In this document: piece by piece, positions 49,192 to 61,026 of the stretch
How positions within the stretch are numbered: the first letter of the stretch is position 1
How the letters are laid out: each line of letters begins with the position of its first letter
Source: Schizochytrium sp. TIO01
Taxonomy: Eukaryota > Protista > Bigyra: Labyrinthulomycetes
DNA: 64,000 nt
NCBI GenBank assembly: GCA_004764695.1
Contig: SMSO01000031.1
Coordinates: forward strand, 7,422,761-7,486,760
Direction of reading: 5' to 3'
Program-made: the position numbers and the translations under genes
The notes under the pieces: model-generated
What the model saw: only the letters and a program-made list of their open reading frames with translations
What the model was told of the DNA's origin: nothing
The model's database searches: none

Positions 49192-50457
49192 GTTTCTTCA
49201 TTCGTGGCGGTCGCATGTGATAGATAGACCAGCAAATCATACCTTCATCTGACAGAAAAGAACTCAAAGTAGAAGACTCAAAGCTCCGCTTTCCAAGCTG
49301 CGAGTGTCTGATAAAGATGGTAGAAAACTTGGAATCAATCACACGGCAGTGAAGACGATCTACGAGCAGAGCAGAAGAGATCGGAAAGCGATTTATCGCT
49401 TCAGATCCGCGAGAAGGGATGCCTCGAAGCCATCGTAGCCAGCTAGCTATTCGGGCAACACAGAGAGTGCTTGCTTTTGCTTTGGCCTGAGTTAGATTTT
49501 GTTGCCCAAGTTGCGAAGAGTTTTGACTTAATTCCTCACCGCCTAACTCTGACTAACGAGAGTCTAGCTTTACTAAAGTACCCACCTAAATAAGTAGAAA
49601 GGAAGAGAAAAGGAAACTTGGAGCGTCTCTCTCTTTTCTTTCTTTTTCTTTCTTTCAAGTTCTTTTAGTTTAAAAGTTCCTTCGATGTTCGTAGGTACCG
49701 TAAATATGTATGTATGTATGTCTCTCTCACTTTTGAGAAGTGTCCTTCTTCCACTTCGGTGGGGAGGGGACACAGAGACACCTCGTCACTGTCGGAGGGA
49801 CTCCTCTGCACAACGCAAAAGATAAGCTCAGTGGGAAGAGAGGCAGTGGAGGGACGGCTGTACATAAATCAAGATACCGACCGGCAAAGAGGATGCTGTA
49901 GGCGCGAAGAACTCCCACACTCGAAACGAATCGCATATACGACCACACAGTAGCCTCCACAGCAATTGTAGTGAATGGGTGGGGAGATCGTAATTTGAAA
50001 GAATGAAAGAATCGAGAGAATATGAAGTTTGAACGCAGTGAGAGCTCAGAGGCGTTGGGAGCGGAAATGTGGGAGAGATAGAGAGACAGCAAAGAGAAGG
50101 GAGGAAAGAGAAGCGAAGGATTCGCTCGTGGCAGTCCTCAATCTTCTTCGGGCGAGGAAGCGACGGGCGGCAGATACCGCGCGGCAGAAGGCTCGTGGCA
50201 GAAGCCTAAGGATACTCACAGATTAGGATATCCTCGTACGAGTGCTCCATCGCTTGCCCGTGGTCCTGAGTGCGCATTTGAGTCAATTCTTGAATTTTCA
50301 ATCAAATTCTAAGCGATCGATATATCCAACGAAGATCCCGTGGATATCTTTCAATATCTTTTACACATAGGTTTATAACCAGGTCGTCATTCTCGATCTT
50401 TTCTGGAGCACGCGTGCGTAGTGAAATCCCAAGCCCAAGCCCAAGTCCAAGTCCAAA

Positions 50458-53031
50458 ATGATGCTCAATCCGCGCGAACAGGGCAAGCTGCTCCTCCGTC
50501 AGGCAGGTCAGCTTGCTCAGTCTCGACTTTCTCGAGGCACGCTCTTGAATCACCCTGAGGTAGTCGCTTTGATTGCAATGCAAGTGGCAGAGTTCGCTCG
50601 CGATGGAAAATCTGTGGCAGAGCTCATGGACCTCGGCCGCAAGATCCTTGGCCGCCGTCAGGTTGCAGAGGGCGTAGAGCACATGATCCACATGGTGCAG
50701 GTGGAGGCCACCTTCCCTGACGGTACCAAGCTCGTGACCGTAGACAAGCCCATTGTTCAGCTTGACGGTGACATGGATTTGGCCTTTCATGGATCTCCAT
50801 ACAAACAGCCCTCCCTGGATGACTTCAAGGGGAAACGTGGCGACACCTCTGACGCCCCCGGCGAGGTCAAGCCCGGCTCAGAAGACAAAATTGAGATCAA
50901 CGCAGGGCGCGAAAAGCTTACGCTCGAAGTCAAAAACCTTGGCGACAGGCCCATTCAGGTCGGATCCCACTTCCACTTCTCAGAGACCAATCGCCAGCTT
51001 GAGTTCGATCGTGTTGCAGCTGTCGGATTTCGACTCGACATCCTTTCAGGAACTGCAGTTCGCTTTGAGCCCGGTGAATCCCAGACAGTACGACTCTGCC
51101 GCATTGGAGGTAAGCAACGCGTCTACGGAGGTAACAACCTCATTGACGGTGACACCAAAGGTCGCGCGCTGAAGGCTGCCCAAGACCGTGTGGCAAAACG
51201 CATTGTAGAAGAAGGTTTTGCGCACAAGGACTCCGGTAATGTACCGGTCGCAACGCCAGCGAACAAGAAGCGCAAGACTGAAGATGGCTCCGCCGCGGTG
51301 GACGAGAGTGAGAAGACACTCGTTGACCGTGAGCAGTACGCTGGCCTTTATGGACCTACAACTGGCGACCTCGTTCGTCTTGGCAACACGGATCTTTGGG
51401 TTAAAGTTGAAAAGGACTATACCTCGTATGGTGACGAGGCTGTCTTTGGCGGCGGCAAAGTCTTGCGTGAAGGCATGGGCCAGGCAGTTGGTCCACAGCC
51501 CAAGGGCTCTGTTCTGGATATTGTGATTACCAACGCCCTTGTAATTGATTATACCGGAATTTACAAGGCTGATGTTGGTATCCGCGGCACTCAGATTTGC
51601 GCGATTGGTAAATCCGGAAACCCGGACACCATGGAGGGTGTAACTCCTGGTATGACTGTTGGCCTTCACACCGAGGCAATTGCTGGTGAAGGTATGATCC
51701 TAACCGCTGGTGGTATTGACCCGCATGTTCACTTCATCTGCCCTCAGCTCACCGAAGATGCTCTTTTCAGTGGTCTAACAACCATGATTGGTGGTGGTAC
51801 CGGCCCTGCTACTGGTACTAAGGCTACGACATGCACGCCGTCGCCGAACTCAGTGGAAATGATGATCAAGTCCACTGATTGCATGCCTCTTAACTTTGGT
51901 TTTTACGGCAAGGGCAACACCTCCAAGCCAGATGGTTTGCAGGAGGTTCTTGATGCAGGTGCAATCGGCTTCAAGCTCCACGAAGATTGGGGCACAACAC
52001 CGGCTGCTATTGATGCCGCACTCACCTACCTTGAAGAGCCTGACGTCTCTGTGTGTGTTCACACAGATACCTGTAACGAGGCTGGGTCATGCGAAGACAC
52101 TGTCAAGGCTCAGGGCGAACGTCCATTGGCCTACTTCCATGTTGAGGGCGCTGGTGGTGGTCATGCTCCGGATATTATCACTGTTTGTGGTAACAAGTAT
52201 GCATTGCCCTCTTCTACAAACCCGACACGTCCTTTTACCAAGAACACAGTTGATGAGCACGTTGATATGCTTATGATTTGCCATCACTTGAACAAGAATT
52301 CCCGGAACGATGTGGCCTTCGCCGAGTCCCGAATTCGTGCGGAGACCATTGCAGCTGAGGATATCCTACATGACATGGGTGCAATCTCAAGCATGACTTC
52401 TGACTCCCAGGCCATGGGACGCCAAGGTGAGGTCATTACCCGAACTTGGCAAACCGCTGACAAGATGAAGAAGCAACGCGGGTTCCTTGAGGAGGATAAG
52501 GACACTGGCGCGGACAACTTTCGTGTTAAGCGTTATATTGCCAAGTACACTATCAACCCTGCTATCTCGCACGGTTTTGGCCATGTTGTGGGTAGCATCG
52601 AAAAGGGCAAGATGGCTGATCTTGTGCTTTGGAATCCTGCGTTCTTTGGTGTAAAACCCGAGCTTGTCATTAAGGGCGGCGCCATTGCGGCTTGTCAGAT
52701 GGGTGATGCCAACGCATCTATCCCCACCTGTGAACCTGTTGTGATGCGTCACATGTTCGGAGCCTACGGCAAGGCTGTTGGAGACCGCGCTGTGGTTTTT
52801 GTCAGCAAATCAGCCCAGAAGAAGGATGTTGCGACCAAGTATGGCCTCTCCAAGCGCACTGAGGCTGTGAAGAACTGCCGTAACATTGACAAGTCTGACA
52901 TGAAGTTGAACGATGCTACGCCCAACATCAAGGTAGACCCCGAAAAATACCACGTCAGTGTAGACGGCGAAACTCTTGCTTGCGAGCCTGCTGAAAAGCT
53001 TACTCTTGCGCAGAGCTACTTGCTCTTTTAA
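50458..53031 (+). CDS. URE: Urease, eukaryotic single-chain gamma-beta-alpha fusion
   Basis: Gamma LNPRE...[13 protein letters not shown]; beta [13 protein letters not shown]...AVRFEPG; alpha with all nickel ligands and flap residues: [11 protein letters not shown] (carbamylated Lys), [26 protein letters not shown]. No introns. Confidence 0.98.
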   Translation: MMLNPREQGKLLLRQAGQLAQSRLSRGTLLNHPEVVALIAMQVAEFARDGKSVAELMDLGRKILGRRQVAEGVEHMIHMVQVEATFPDGTKLVTVDKPIVQLDGDMDLAFHGSPYKQPSLDDFKGKRGDTSDAPGEVKPGSEDKIEINAGREKLTLEVKNLGDRPIQVGSHFHFSETNRQLEFDRVAAVGFRLDILSGTAVRFEPGESQTVRLCRIGGKQRVYGGNNLIDGDTKGRALKAAQDRVAKRIVEEGFAHKDSGNVPVATPANKKRKTEDGSAAVDESEKTLVDREQYAGLYGPTTGDLVRLGNTDLWVKVEKDYTSYGDEAVFGGGKVLREGMGQAVGPQPKGSVLDIVITNALVIDYTGIYKADVGIRGTQICAIGKSGNPDTMEGVTPGMTVGLHTEAIAGEGMILTAGGIDPHVHFICPQLTEDALFSGLTTMIGGGTGPATGTKATTCTPSPNSVEMMIKSTDCMPLNFGFYGKGNTSKPDGLQEVLDAGAIGFKLHEDWGTTPAAIDAALTYLEEPDVSVCVHTDTCNEAGSCEDTVKAQGERPLAYFHVEGAGGGHAPDIITVCGNKYALPSSTNPTRPFTKNTVDEHVDMLMICHHLNKNSRNDVAFAESRIRAETIAAEDILHDMGAISSMTSDSQAMGRQGEVITRTWQTADKMKKQRGFLEEDKDTGADNFRVKRYIAKYTINPAISHGFGHVVGSIEKGKMADLVLWNPAFFGVKPELVIKGGAIAACQMGDANASIPTCEPVVMRHMFGAYGKAVGDRAVVFVSKSAQKKDVATKYGLSKRTEAVKNCRNIDKSDMKLNDATPNIKVDPEKYHVSVDGETLACEPAEKLTLAQSYLLF

Positions 53032-54160
53032 TTTATGCTCTACTTCATATGCATGTTCGGCTTCCACACTTGTTTTCTTTTCCGCATACTCTTAAGTCGC
53101 GTTTCATCCTTCTTACGTTCATCGCAGGAGTTGACCATTGAGCGAGCAAGTGTATGTAGTATCTATCTTTTAAAGCTACCCCCACACAGTTCCATTGCTA
53201 TTGAGGTGGAAGTTGCTCGTGGTAGTCAACGGTGGTAGTCAACGTATGCAGAAGTAGCAGCTTCAATCTCCATATCATTTTCTTTTTAAATTCCTTTTTT
53301 AAAGTACACATTTCACATTCCTGAAGCTTGTTTTCATGTCTCTTCAAATTTACCGAATTTTGTAACAGCTATATCTGTACAAAAGGTAAAACTATTGCCG
53401 CCCCTCTTCTGTGCATGGACATTCTTCCTCATCTATAGCCGTTTGTAGGTAAACTCTACGATATCCATTTTTAGATCGCTGCTTACCATATTTCAAAAGC
53501 TCTGTGTTGCCTTGGTTCAATCTTATGCTATCGTCCTGCTTTCGGTGTCGCAAACTAATGCATCAATATCAAGAAGATTAAGGCTAGATGTGCAAGACAT
53601 TGAGTCTGAAGTTTCAAACACTCACACGCATGTTAGCACCTTTAAAGACCTCAAAGTCACCTTTCTAGAGGACAATTTATGGGCATATGGCTTACAAGTA
53701 TGCGTCACATATCTGCCCTAAGAAGGTCTTCCACTGCCATATATAGATTTGAACAAGCCAAATAGCTTTTAAAGTATACTATGTGATTGTCGGACCAAAC
53801 GTCCTCCTCCCCTCACCTATTCTCCTTCCAAAGGGCGCAACCTTCTGTAGTGCCGAGGGAATGTTACCCCAAATTCCCGCACATTTTCTGGCCATGTTCT
53901 AACAGTACTAATGAACTCTGGAGTCTTTCCAGTCTTGAAAGGTACTGAGTATAATGGTGGGTGTGTTATTTCAACCTAGATATAGATATCTTGTGCTGAT
54001 CACAATGGTAGCAAACGTGCTAGAGAAGAATGCAAGCCTTTGGCGCACACCGCAATACTAATAGCTTCGTTCAATTGAGCGTTCAAAGCTATGGTCTTGC
54101 TATCTCTATCTTGACAGGTATTATTATTCAGTCTACATTGAACTCAGGAGTTACGGAGAA

Positions 54161-54217
54161 TAACCTAACCTAACCTAACCCAAATGAAAACCTAACCTAA
54201 CCTAACCTAACCTAACC
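54161..54217. repeat. (CCTAA)n / (TTAGG)n interstitial telomere-like repeat
   Basis: Two blocks of about 4 and 5-6 CCTAA units separated by about 10 bp. Confidence 0.85.
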
Positions 54218-57155
54218 TTCATTTGCTGCAGCTCTGCTTCATGTGTCATTATGGTTCACCTCTAACCACTCATAGGGTTACCTTCCTTCCTAGTATTGGC
54301 CTATAGCAATAAATACAGAACAATATATATGAAGTCACCTAAGTGCTAGTATAATAATTTGAGATAGTCTTTGCTAGCTATCATAGTTTGATAATGCAAA
54401 TTAAAGCAAACAAATATGTAGGTACCTTGACTTCCTCAAATGCAATGTGAAACGAATGCGCAATGGATTACAGGACGTGGTCTGTGTACTACTCTGCCTT
54501 TTGCCAAGGCTCTTCCCTTTCTTTTCCTTTTTCCTCTTCTATTCTCCACGTTTGCCTCTGTTTCTATTAATTTAAAAAAACAAAACTTTTTAATTAGAAT
54601 TAAATTAAAATCATAAAAAAAATATACATTACAATGTCCGAGTTCATGAAAAAGACAACAATTACACGGAGACAATAAATAAAAAAAGCCTCCCACTAAT
54701 TTCTTCAGCCCAAGCGAGGTACACCTCCGGATTTAATTAGTGCTGTTGATGCTGACGGTCTGCCAATTTAACGAAACATCCATAATGCCATCACCTTGAA
54801 GGCTAGTACAACCGACTTCAACAAGCTCTGCAAAGACTGATTGATAGCAAGCAATACATGAGTAATACCTAGCTAGGTTAGTTAGTAGCTAGAAAAGAAT
54901 CTCTCCAAAAAATGCATCCATCCCTCTCTCGAGCCACTTCTCGACTGCTCTCCTAAGCAGCCGCATTCATCATCATATTATTAGTCCACTTGCCGCGCAA
55001 ATTCCCAATTGTAGCCACAAGTTCTTCTCTTGTTGGCCCTTACATATCGCAGTTCTTCCCTCTCCTACTGCTTTTTATCCCGCGCCTACGTACCTAGCGC
55101 CTACTCTAAGACCCCTGTAGTCCCATTACTGCTGCTGCTTCTGCTGCTGCTGCTACTGCTTTTTTCTGCTAATTAATTCCACGGCACCAACGCTGGATAG
55201 AAGCTTGCTAGGTGCCTAGGCAGGACAGCTGCTGCAGACAGCCACTTCGCTGCTTCGTCATTTATCGATGCATTGTAGAACTCAACGGAGAGAGAGAGAG
55301 AGATCACATAACATCCTTATCCTTGTACACAGCAGCTATTGCAGCGGTCCTACCGGCGCCTATCTACTCCTACGCACTGCATTACATGCTTAGCTCTCAC
55401 CAGCTAGCGCTCCAACTAGCGAAAACGTTAAGGTGCCGCGATTGCAGCAATACGCAGCGGCACTAGTGAGTTCCTAACCAACCCCTACGAAGAGGTGTGC
55501 CTGATTGCTCCTTTGCAGCACAGGTTGATTTCTGCGTTGAGGCATCTGATCTACCCAGGTACGCTTGAAGGCAGATAAACCAAGAGGCAACTAACTAGCA
55601 CGCAAATGAGTGAACAAATAACCAAACGCATGGACGCATACACAACAAGCAAGCAAGGCACATTTCACGTTCAGGACGACATGCTTAGACACCCATATAT
55701 ATATATACATATAGCAACGACCTAACTACTGCTAATGCCGCATGTTAGAGCAATAGACCTCTTAAATAGGCCCTTTACTGACCGTCATAATGACAGCACA
55801 ATAGTAGTATGAAGGCAGGGGCGTAATTATGGGGTAACATTTGTCCGTATGGAACAGAGCGTATGTCGCAAGGTGGGGGCAGCGTGCCATGGCGAGAAGG
55901 GGGCGGGATAAAATGGGCCTCGATGAGTGATGATGATTGACTTTCAATCGATTGTTTCGCAGCGGCAGTCAGCAAGCAAGCAGAGACGGCTCGACACGCG
56001 GCCCTTCAGGTACGTGCGCGAGGAGGCATCGGCGGCGGGCACGGGGCGCGTCCCGGCCGCTTCGGAGAGGCCCGGGGGCTCGGGAGGCCCGCCGGCGGGC
56101 TCGGAGGCAGCCCGCTCGGCGCGGCATGGCGCCATGCAGGCTGTCATGAGGCCAGATTTTGAAAATGGCAATCCTGGCGACGCCGCAGAGACTCGCCTGC
56201 GCCAAAGACGCCTGGGCACCGGCGGAGAAGCGAGGAGGGGAGGTGAAGATACTCCGGGGGATCCACAGTCCACGCTAGCTACCCTGCGAAGGCCGCCTCG
56301 CTCGGCAGCGGCGGACGCGGCGAACTTGGCTTTTTTAGCGGCGCTAGGGCTGGTTAAGAGTCACTTAGGCGGTCACTAGGAAGCAGGCAGGCAGGCAGGG
56401 TAGGGCCTAGCTAGGCTAAATACTAGAGGTGGAGCAGTAGTATGCGTAGGAGCCTCTTAGTTACTGCGGATATAAGGGGGTGATAGGGAGAGAAGGATTG
56501 GGTGCTGAGGATAGATAATGCGTGAATGAGCGATTGGAATAGGTTGCGATAGAGGTGCGTGGGTTAATGGTCTGGAGGCGATCTGGGGCTCACGCAGCAA
56601 GGGATCTGACGCTGCAGAAGGTGGCGAGCGGTTTCTTCCCTCAGTAGTTGAGAAGCAGGGCAATCTCGCAGCGGCATGGAAATATGAAGGCGAGTATCTG
56701 TCTGCTAAAGACAGGTAGCAGTCTGCTAAAAGATCAGTGGCTCTCTAGCTGGAAACGTGGATGTAATGCATGCGATGAAACGTGATGGAGCGAAAACGAT
56801 CATGAGCAAAAGAAGCGTGGCAGAGGACTCTACGAATCGGCGAGGGCAAAATACGTGAATGAGAATTCATATCTCTCGGCAAACTGCTCTTGTACTACGA
56901 AAATTGAGGGTTCGCGGATCACCGAGGGGAAGAAAAGGCAAGACGCTCACGCGGATGTTTCTGGTCAGGAGATCTTTTGCAGGGAAAGGGGATGAGATGT
57001 GGGAGTTCACAACTTTGGTGCACCAAGCAGAGAAACTAACAAAGAAGTTGGCGGCGTTTTCTTATGATAATACGACATGTGGTCTTCAAACAACACGTTT
57101 TTTTTTAACAAAATGCTCAGGCTCCTGGGTCAGGCAAACACACAAAGGGTCCAAT

Positions 57156-58503
57156 ATGTTTCAAGTTGGCGGTAATGTTGTTCGGCGCAGTGTCGCCCAG
57201 CCGGTAGCCAAGCGCGCTGCTGGCACCTACACTGGTGCTGCTTGGGGTGCCAGCGCCGCCCGCGCGCTCGCCGTCCTCGCTGCCGGTACCACTGCTGTTG
57301 GAACCATCGCCCTCGCTGACGATGAGGTTCTCCGTAAGTTAAAACTGCTGTACTCTTCAAATTTCTTCGCAGTAGTAAAATGCCTGTTTTTTTCACCAAT
57401 CTTGTGATATGTAAGGCTATATACCAAAGCGAATTAGTGAGAAAGATCTTCAAAACATTGGTAATTGTAGCGATCGTCTAACAATAACGTTGTTTCTGCT
57501 TTAATGGCACAGACCCGCCCAAGCACGACTGGCACTTCAACGGCCCCCTCTCTGCTTTTGACCACAAGGCTATTCGCCGCGGACACCAGGTGTACACTCA
57601 GGTGTGCGCAGCCTGCCACAGCATGGAGCTTGTGGCTTTCCGCACTCTCATCGATGTCGCCTTCTCTGAGGATGAGGTCAAGACTATGACTGCTGAGCTC
57701 GACGTTGAGGACGGCCCTGATGAGAACGGTGAGATGTTCGATCGCCCCGGTAAGCCTTCGGACTACTTCCCTTCACCATACAAGAACGAGGAGGAGGGCC
57801 GCATGGCTAACGCCGGTGCCTACCCCCCTGATCTTTCCCTCATGGTCAAGGCCCGCCACGCCGGTGCCGACTACGTCTTCAGCCTCCTCACTGGCTACCG
57901 TGACGCACCTGAGGGCGTGACCCTTCGTGATGGCCTGTACTACAACCCGTACTTCCCCGGTGGTGCTGTAAGTTTATCAAGCAAACAAAAATCCTATGAT
58001 TATTTGAGCCAGAGCTTTCTCTGCTATGAATTGGGAGGTCTTTTAATTGCCTTTGCTTCATTGGACTTTCACTTGACGCTCCTGTCTCCAGCAACATAGG
58101 TTATCTCTTCTTCACATAAAGTCCCATCGCGTGAGCAATAGTGTCTCTAGATGCGATGCGTTCCACTTGGATTTCAAAACAATCATGTCGATTTTGGAAT
58201 TAAACTTTTGAATACTGACGATACAACCTTTTTATTATTATTGTAATTTAACAGATCGGCATGCCCAAGCAGCTCGAGGACGGTGGTGTCGAGTACGAGG
58301 ACGGCACTCCTTCCACTGAGACCCAGATGGCCCACGATGTGACCACCTTCCTTGCCTGGGCCGCAGAGCCCGAGATGGAGGACCGCAAGCGCCAGGGTTT
58401 CAAGTGGATTACGGCCCTCATGATGATGGCCGCTGTCACCGGCTTCTACAAGCGCTTCCGTTTCGCTATCCTCAAGGGCCGCAAGATTGAGTACACAAAG
58501 TAA
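57156..58503 (+). CDS. CYC1: Cytochrome c1, mitochondrial complex III heme protein; exons 57156-57333, 57513-57967, 58255-58503
   Basis: Arg/Ala-rich presequence; spliced VLHPPKHDW...[17 protein letters not shown] (CxxCH), [16 protein letters not shown]|IGMP (axial Met) and FLAWAAEPE followed by a TM helix. Both introns are GTAAGT...CAG. Confidence 0.96.
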
Positions 58504-61026
58504 AGAAATCAACAGTCGAGGCTACAATTTACTAAAGTTTGTTTTCCTTGTCCAATACTTCCCAACCTTTCATCCTTTCCTCATCATCTAATTTCTATAT
58601 CTTTCGTGCAGAGATATGGATTCTTACATGTACGACAGCATGTTATACTGTAAACACACTGGAGTGGTATACTCGAGTTTTTAGCTTGCACAACTGCTTC
58701 ACTATCTAAATTATCACATGCCAGCTCATGTTGCATGGACAGGGTTATAACATATTATACAAGCAGAACACTTGGAGTTGCCATTCTTGTCGGAAAACCT
58801 ACGTAAGGCTAAAATGATATTAGACTCATTTGCAGTCGATAATGTCAAGTCAAACCTCACAATTCCAATAGCCCGCCTATTTCTTGGCAACTATGATTAG
58901 GTTAACTATATGTTATCATTCGCTGCAAACTCTTTTCGACAGCGCGCGGGTGGTTGATGTTGGAATAGCTTAGAGCAAAGCTTGTACTTTCTGAAGAAAG
59001 TAAGGAAATCTACTTCGCGATTTTAGTTTATATAGACCTATCACATTGAACTGCTATGGCCTTCAAGTTAATTGTTTTGTACAGTCTGCTCCCTTTGCTT
59101 TGCTGAAATATACTAGACTACGCTATCAATTATTACATGGATATATTTTCCTGCCGTACAACATGGAGACAAATCACCTTTCTACTATGTCTATAGAAAC
59201 CTCTGATACTAATTTGATGTTATTCATATTCCTGTTCTGCAAATCAAAACTAATTTGAAGGGTGGGCAAGAGCAAAGCTGGTCACAGAAAGGATAGAATA
59301 AGCGCTTGTTCCCTAATTGTTTGGTTTAGTAGTGGTTGAAAGAGAAAATAAAACTTTGGATTATGCGTAATAGCATTTTAATTTTCAAAATGTCCAAAAT
59401 TTGGCTCGTCTCTTGTTCAATTTAATTATTTTTTCTTGTATGCAAATATTGGGTAACATTTTTGAGCCGATTGTTTGCATGCCGTCCGGGAGGATGCGCT
59501 TCTTTTTTGGATAAATCGTTTCCTCTGAAAAATGGCGTTCAACTCGATAAATACAAAGAGTCAGTCTGACAAGGTTTGCATCTCAATGAACATGCATTGT
59601 GAGCATGTGAGTATGTACTCTTTGATTTCATTAGGCACTTAGTAGATATAGTGCAAACGATTTTTTTACGGTGGTCTTGCTTTCAACTTCAAATTGGATA
59701 ACTCATAACCAAATCTACTTAGTTGGAGGCAAGTTGTATTTATGTGCGAAGTCAAACTCATTCTGAGTCTTGAATGCCTGGTGTTTACGATATATTTGGT
59801 CTCGAAGCCTAGGATTTCCTATGCCAAGGTCTCCATTGTGCGAACTTGAGTTAAATACACTTGGTGCATTCTTAATTTGATCTGTTAAAGAATAAATTAA
59901 AAAAAGCAAGAAGAAAAATAAAATTAAAAAACTTTAGCCGAGTTCGCCCTGTTCAACAGATAAAATAAACAGCCGAGTTTCTTCATACTATAATCTTATG
60001 AATACCAAAGCTGCGTTCCCTGTTTCACAATATATTGTTTCGTCTCTGAAACTGAAAATCATCTGTTGCATACTCTTGTATCTAAACACTGATAATCCTA
60101 TTTCAATTGTTAGCTACATTTAGCTCCTAGTCTTACTAACTCATCATTGCTGCTGAACTTTCATCAAAAATCACATCACTCAGATCTCTCTTGTAATTCT
60201 CTAAATGACTCTCGCCAGAGCGAATACATCACCCCAGTTTTTCGAAGTTTCCTTCGCTTTGTTGTCGCTTCTGCCAGACTCGTCGACGAGCGATGCTCGA
60301 CCTATAGAATCCGCAAGGGCAAACTTATGAGCACCCTCGCTGGATTAATCACTGAGAATCTCCACCTGCAAGATTTGCAAAACATCGAATTCTCTCTTCG
60401 TTGTCGAGGTTGTCATTCTCTGTTTTAAAAGCCACGGCCACGAGGCTCCTTGTCACGTGGAGATGAACGGCACAATGTCAATTTGGCATGCGCAACATTT
60501 GCTTAATCACAATAATGTAGGTCGTACGGTAGGTGCCTACATAGATATTATGGTAATGAATTCGATTAATATGATAGATAGCATGGATGATTCTAATCAG
60601 AAACAGCGCTGAGCATCGATCAAATTCATGAGGTAGCTGCGAACAGCGATCAAAGCCTCATTGAGAGCAGGCGCAGACGGCACCCGCGACACAGCCTCTG
60701 GCCTGGGGCCGTACGCTCCCGCACCGGCACTGCGCCCGGTATCCTCCCCTACGATAACGGAGACTGATCGCTAAGCGCCAGAATACTTGTCGTTCAGCAA
60801 GGCTGATCAGCCTCGCCGACTTTGGCTTCATCTTGTCGGCTTCCTTGGATTCCTGAGAGCGCCGGCGTGTCGAGGAATTCACTGTGCGAGCTAGGAGCGC
60901 TGTAAAGTTTGTTTTTCTATCACAAAAAGCTTGAGTTCTGGCTTAAGACTTATAATTGAATTGAAGAGAAGACCGCAATAAGTTGCAGAGCAGAAGATTT
61001 TGACGAGTTCCGATTTAATCGTCGCA

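Noticed and set aside
34683-49342. ORFs of FVCL, CFALL, TNKQ or SIHQ/INTS repeats
   Set aside because: These are translations of microsatellites.
53219-53244. 13-bp tandem duplication GTGGTAGTCAACG
   Set aside because: An isolated duplication with no associated element; it cannot be called a transposon footprint.
55927-56379. 150-aa GC-rich ORF
   Set aside because: Low-complexity Ala/Arg/Gly sequence open in several frames because of GC content; better explained as CYC1 promoter/5'-UTR intron.
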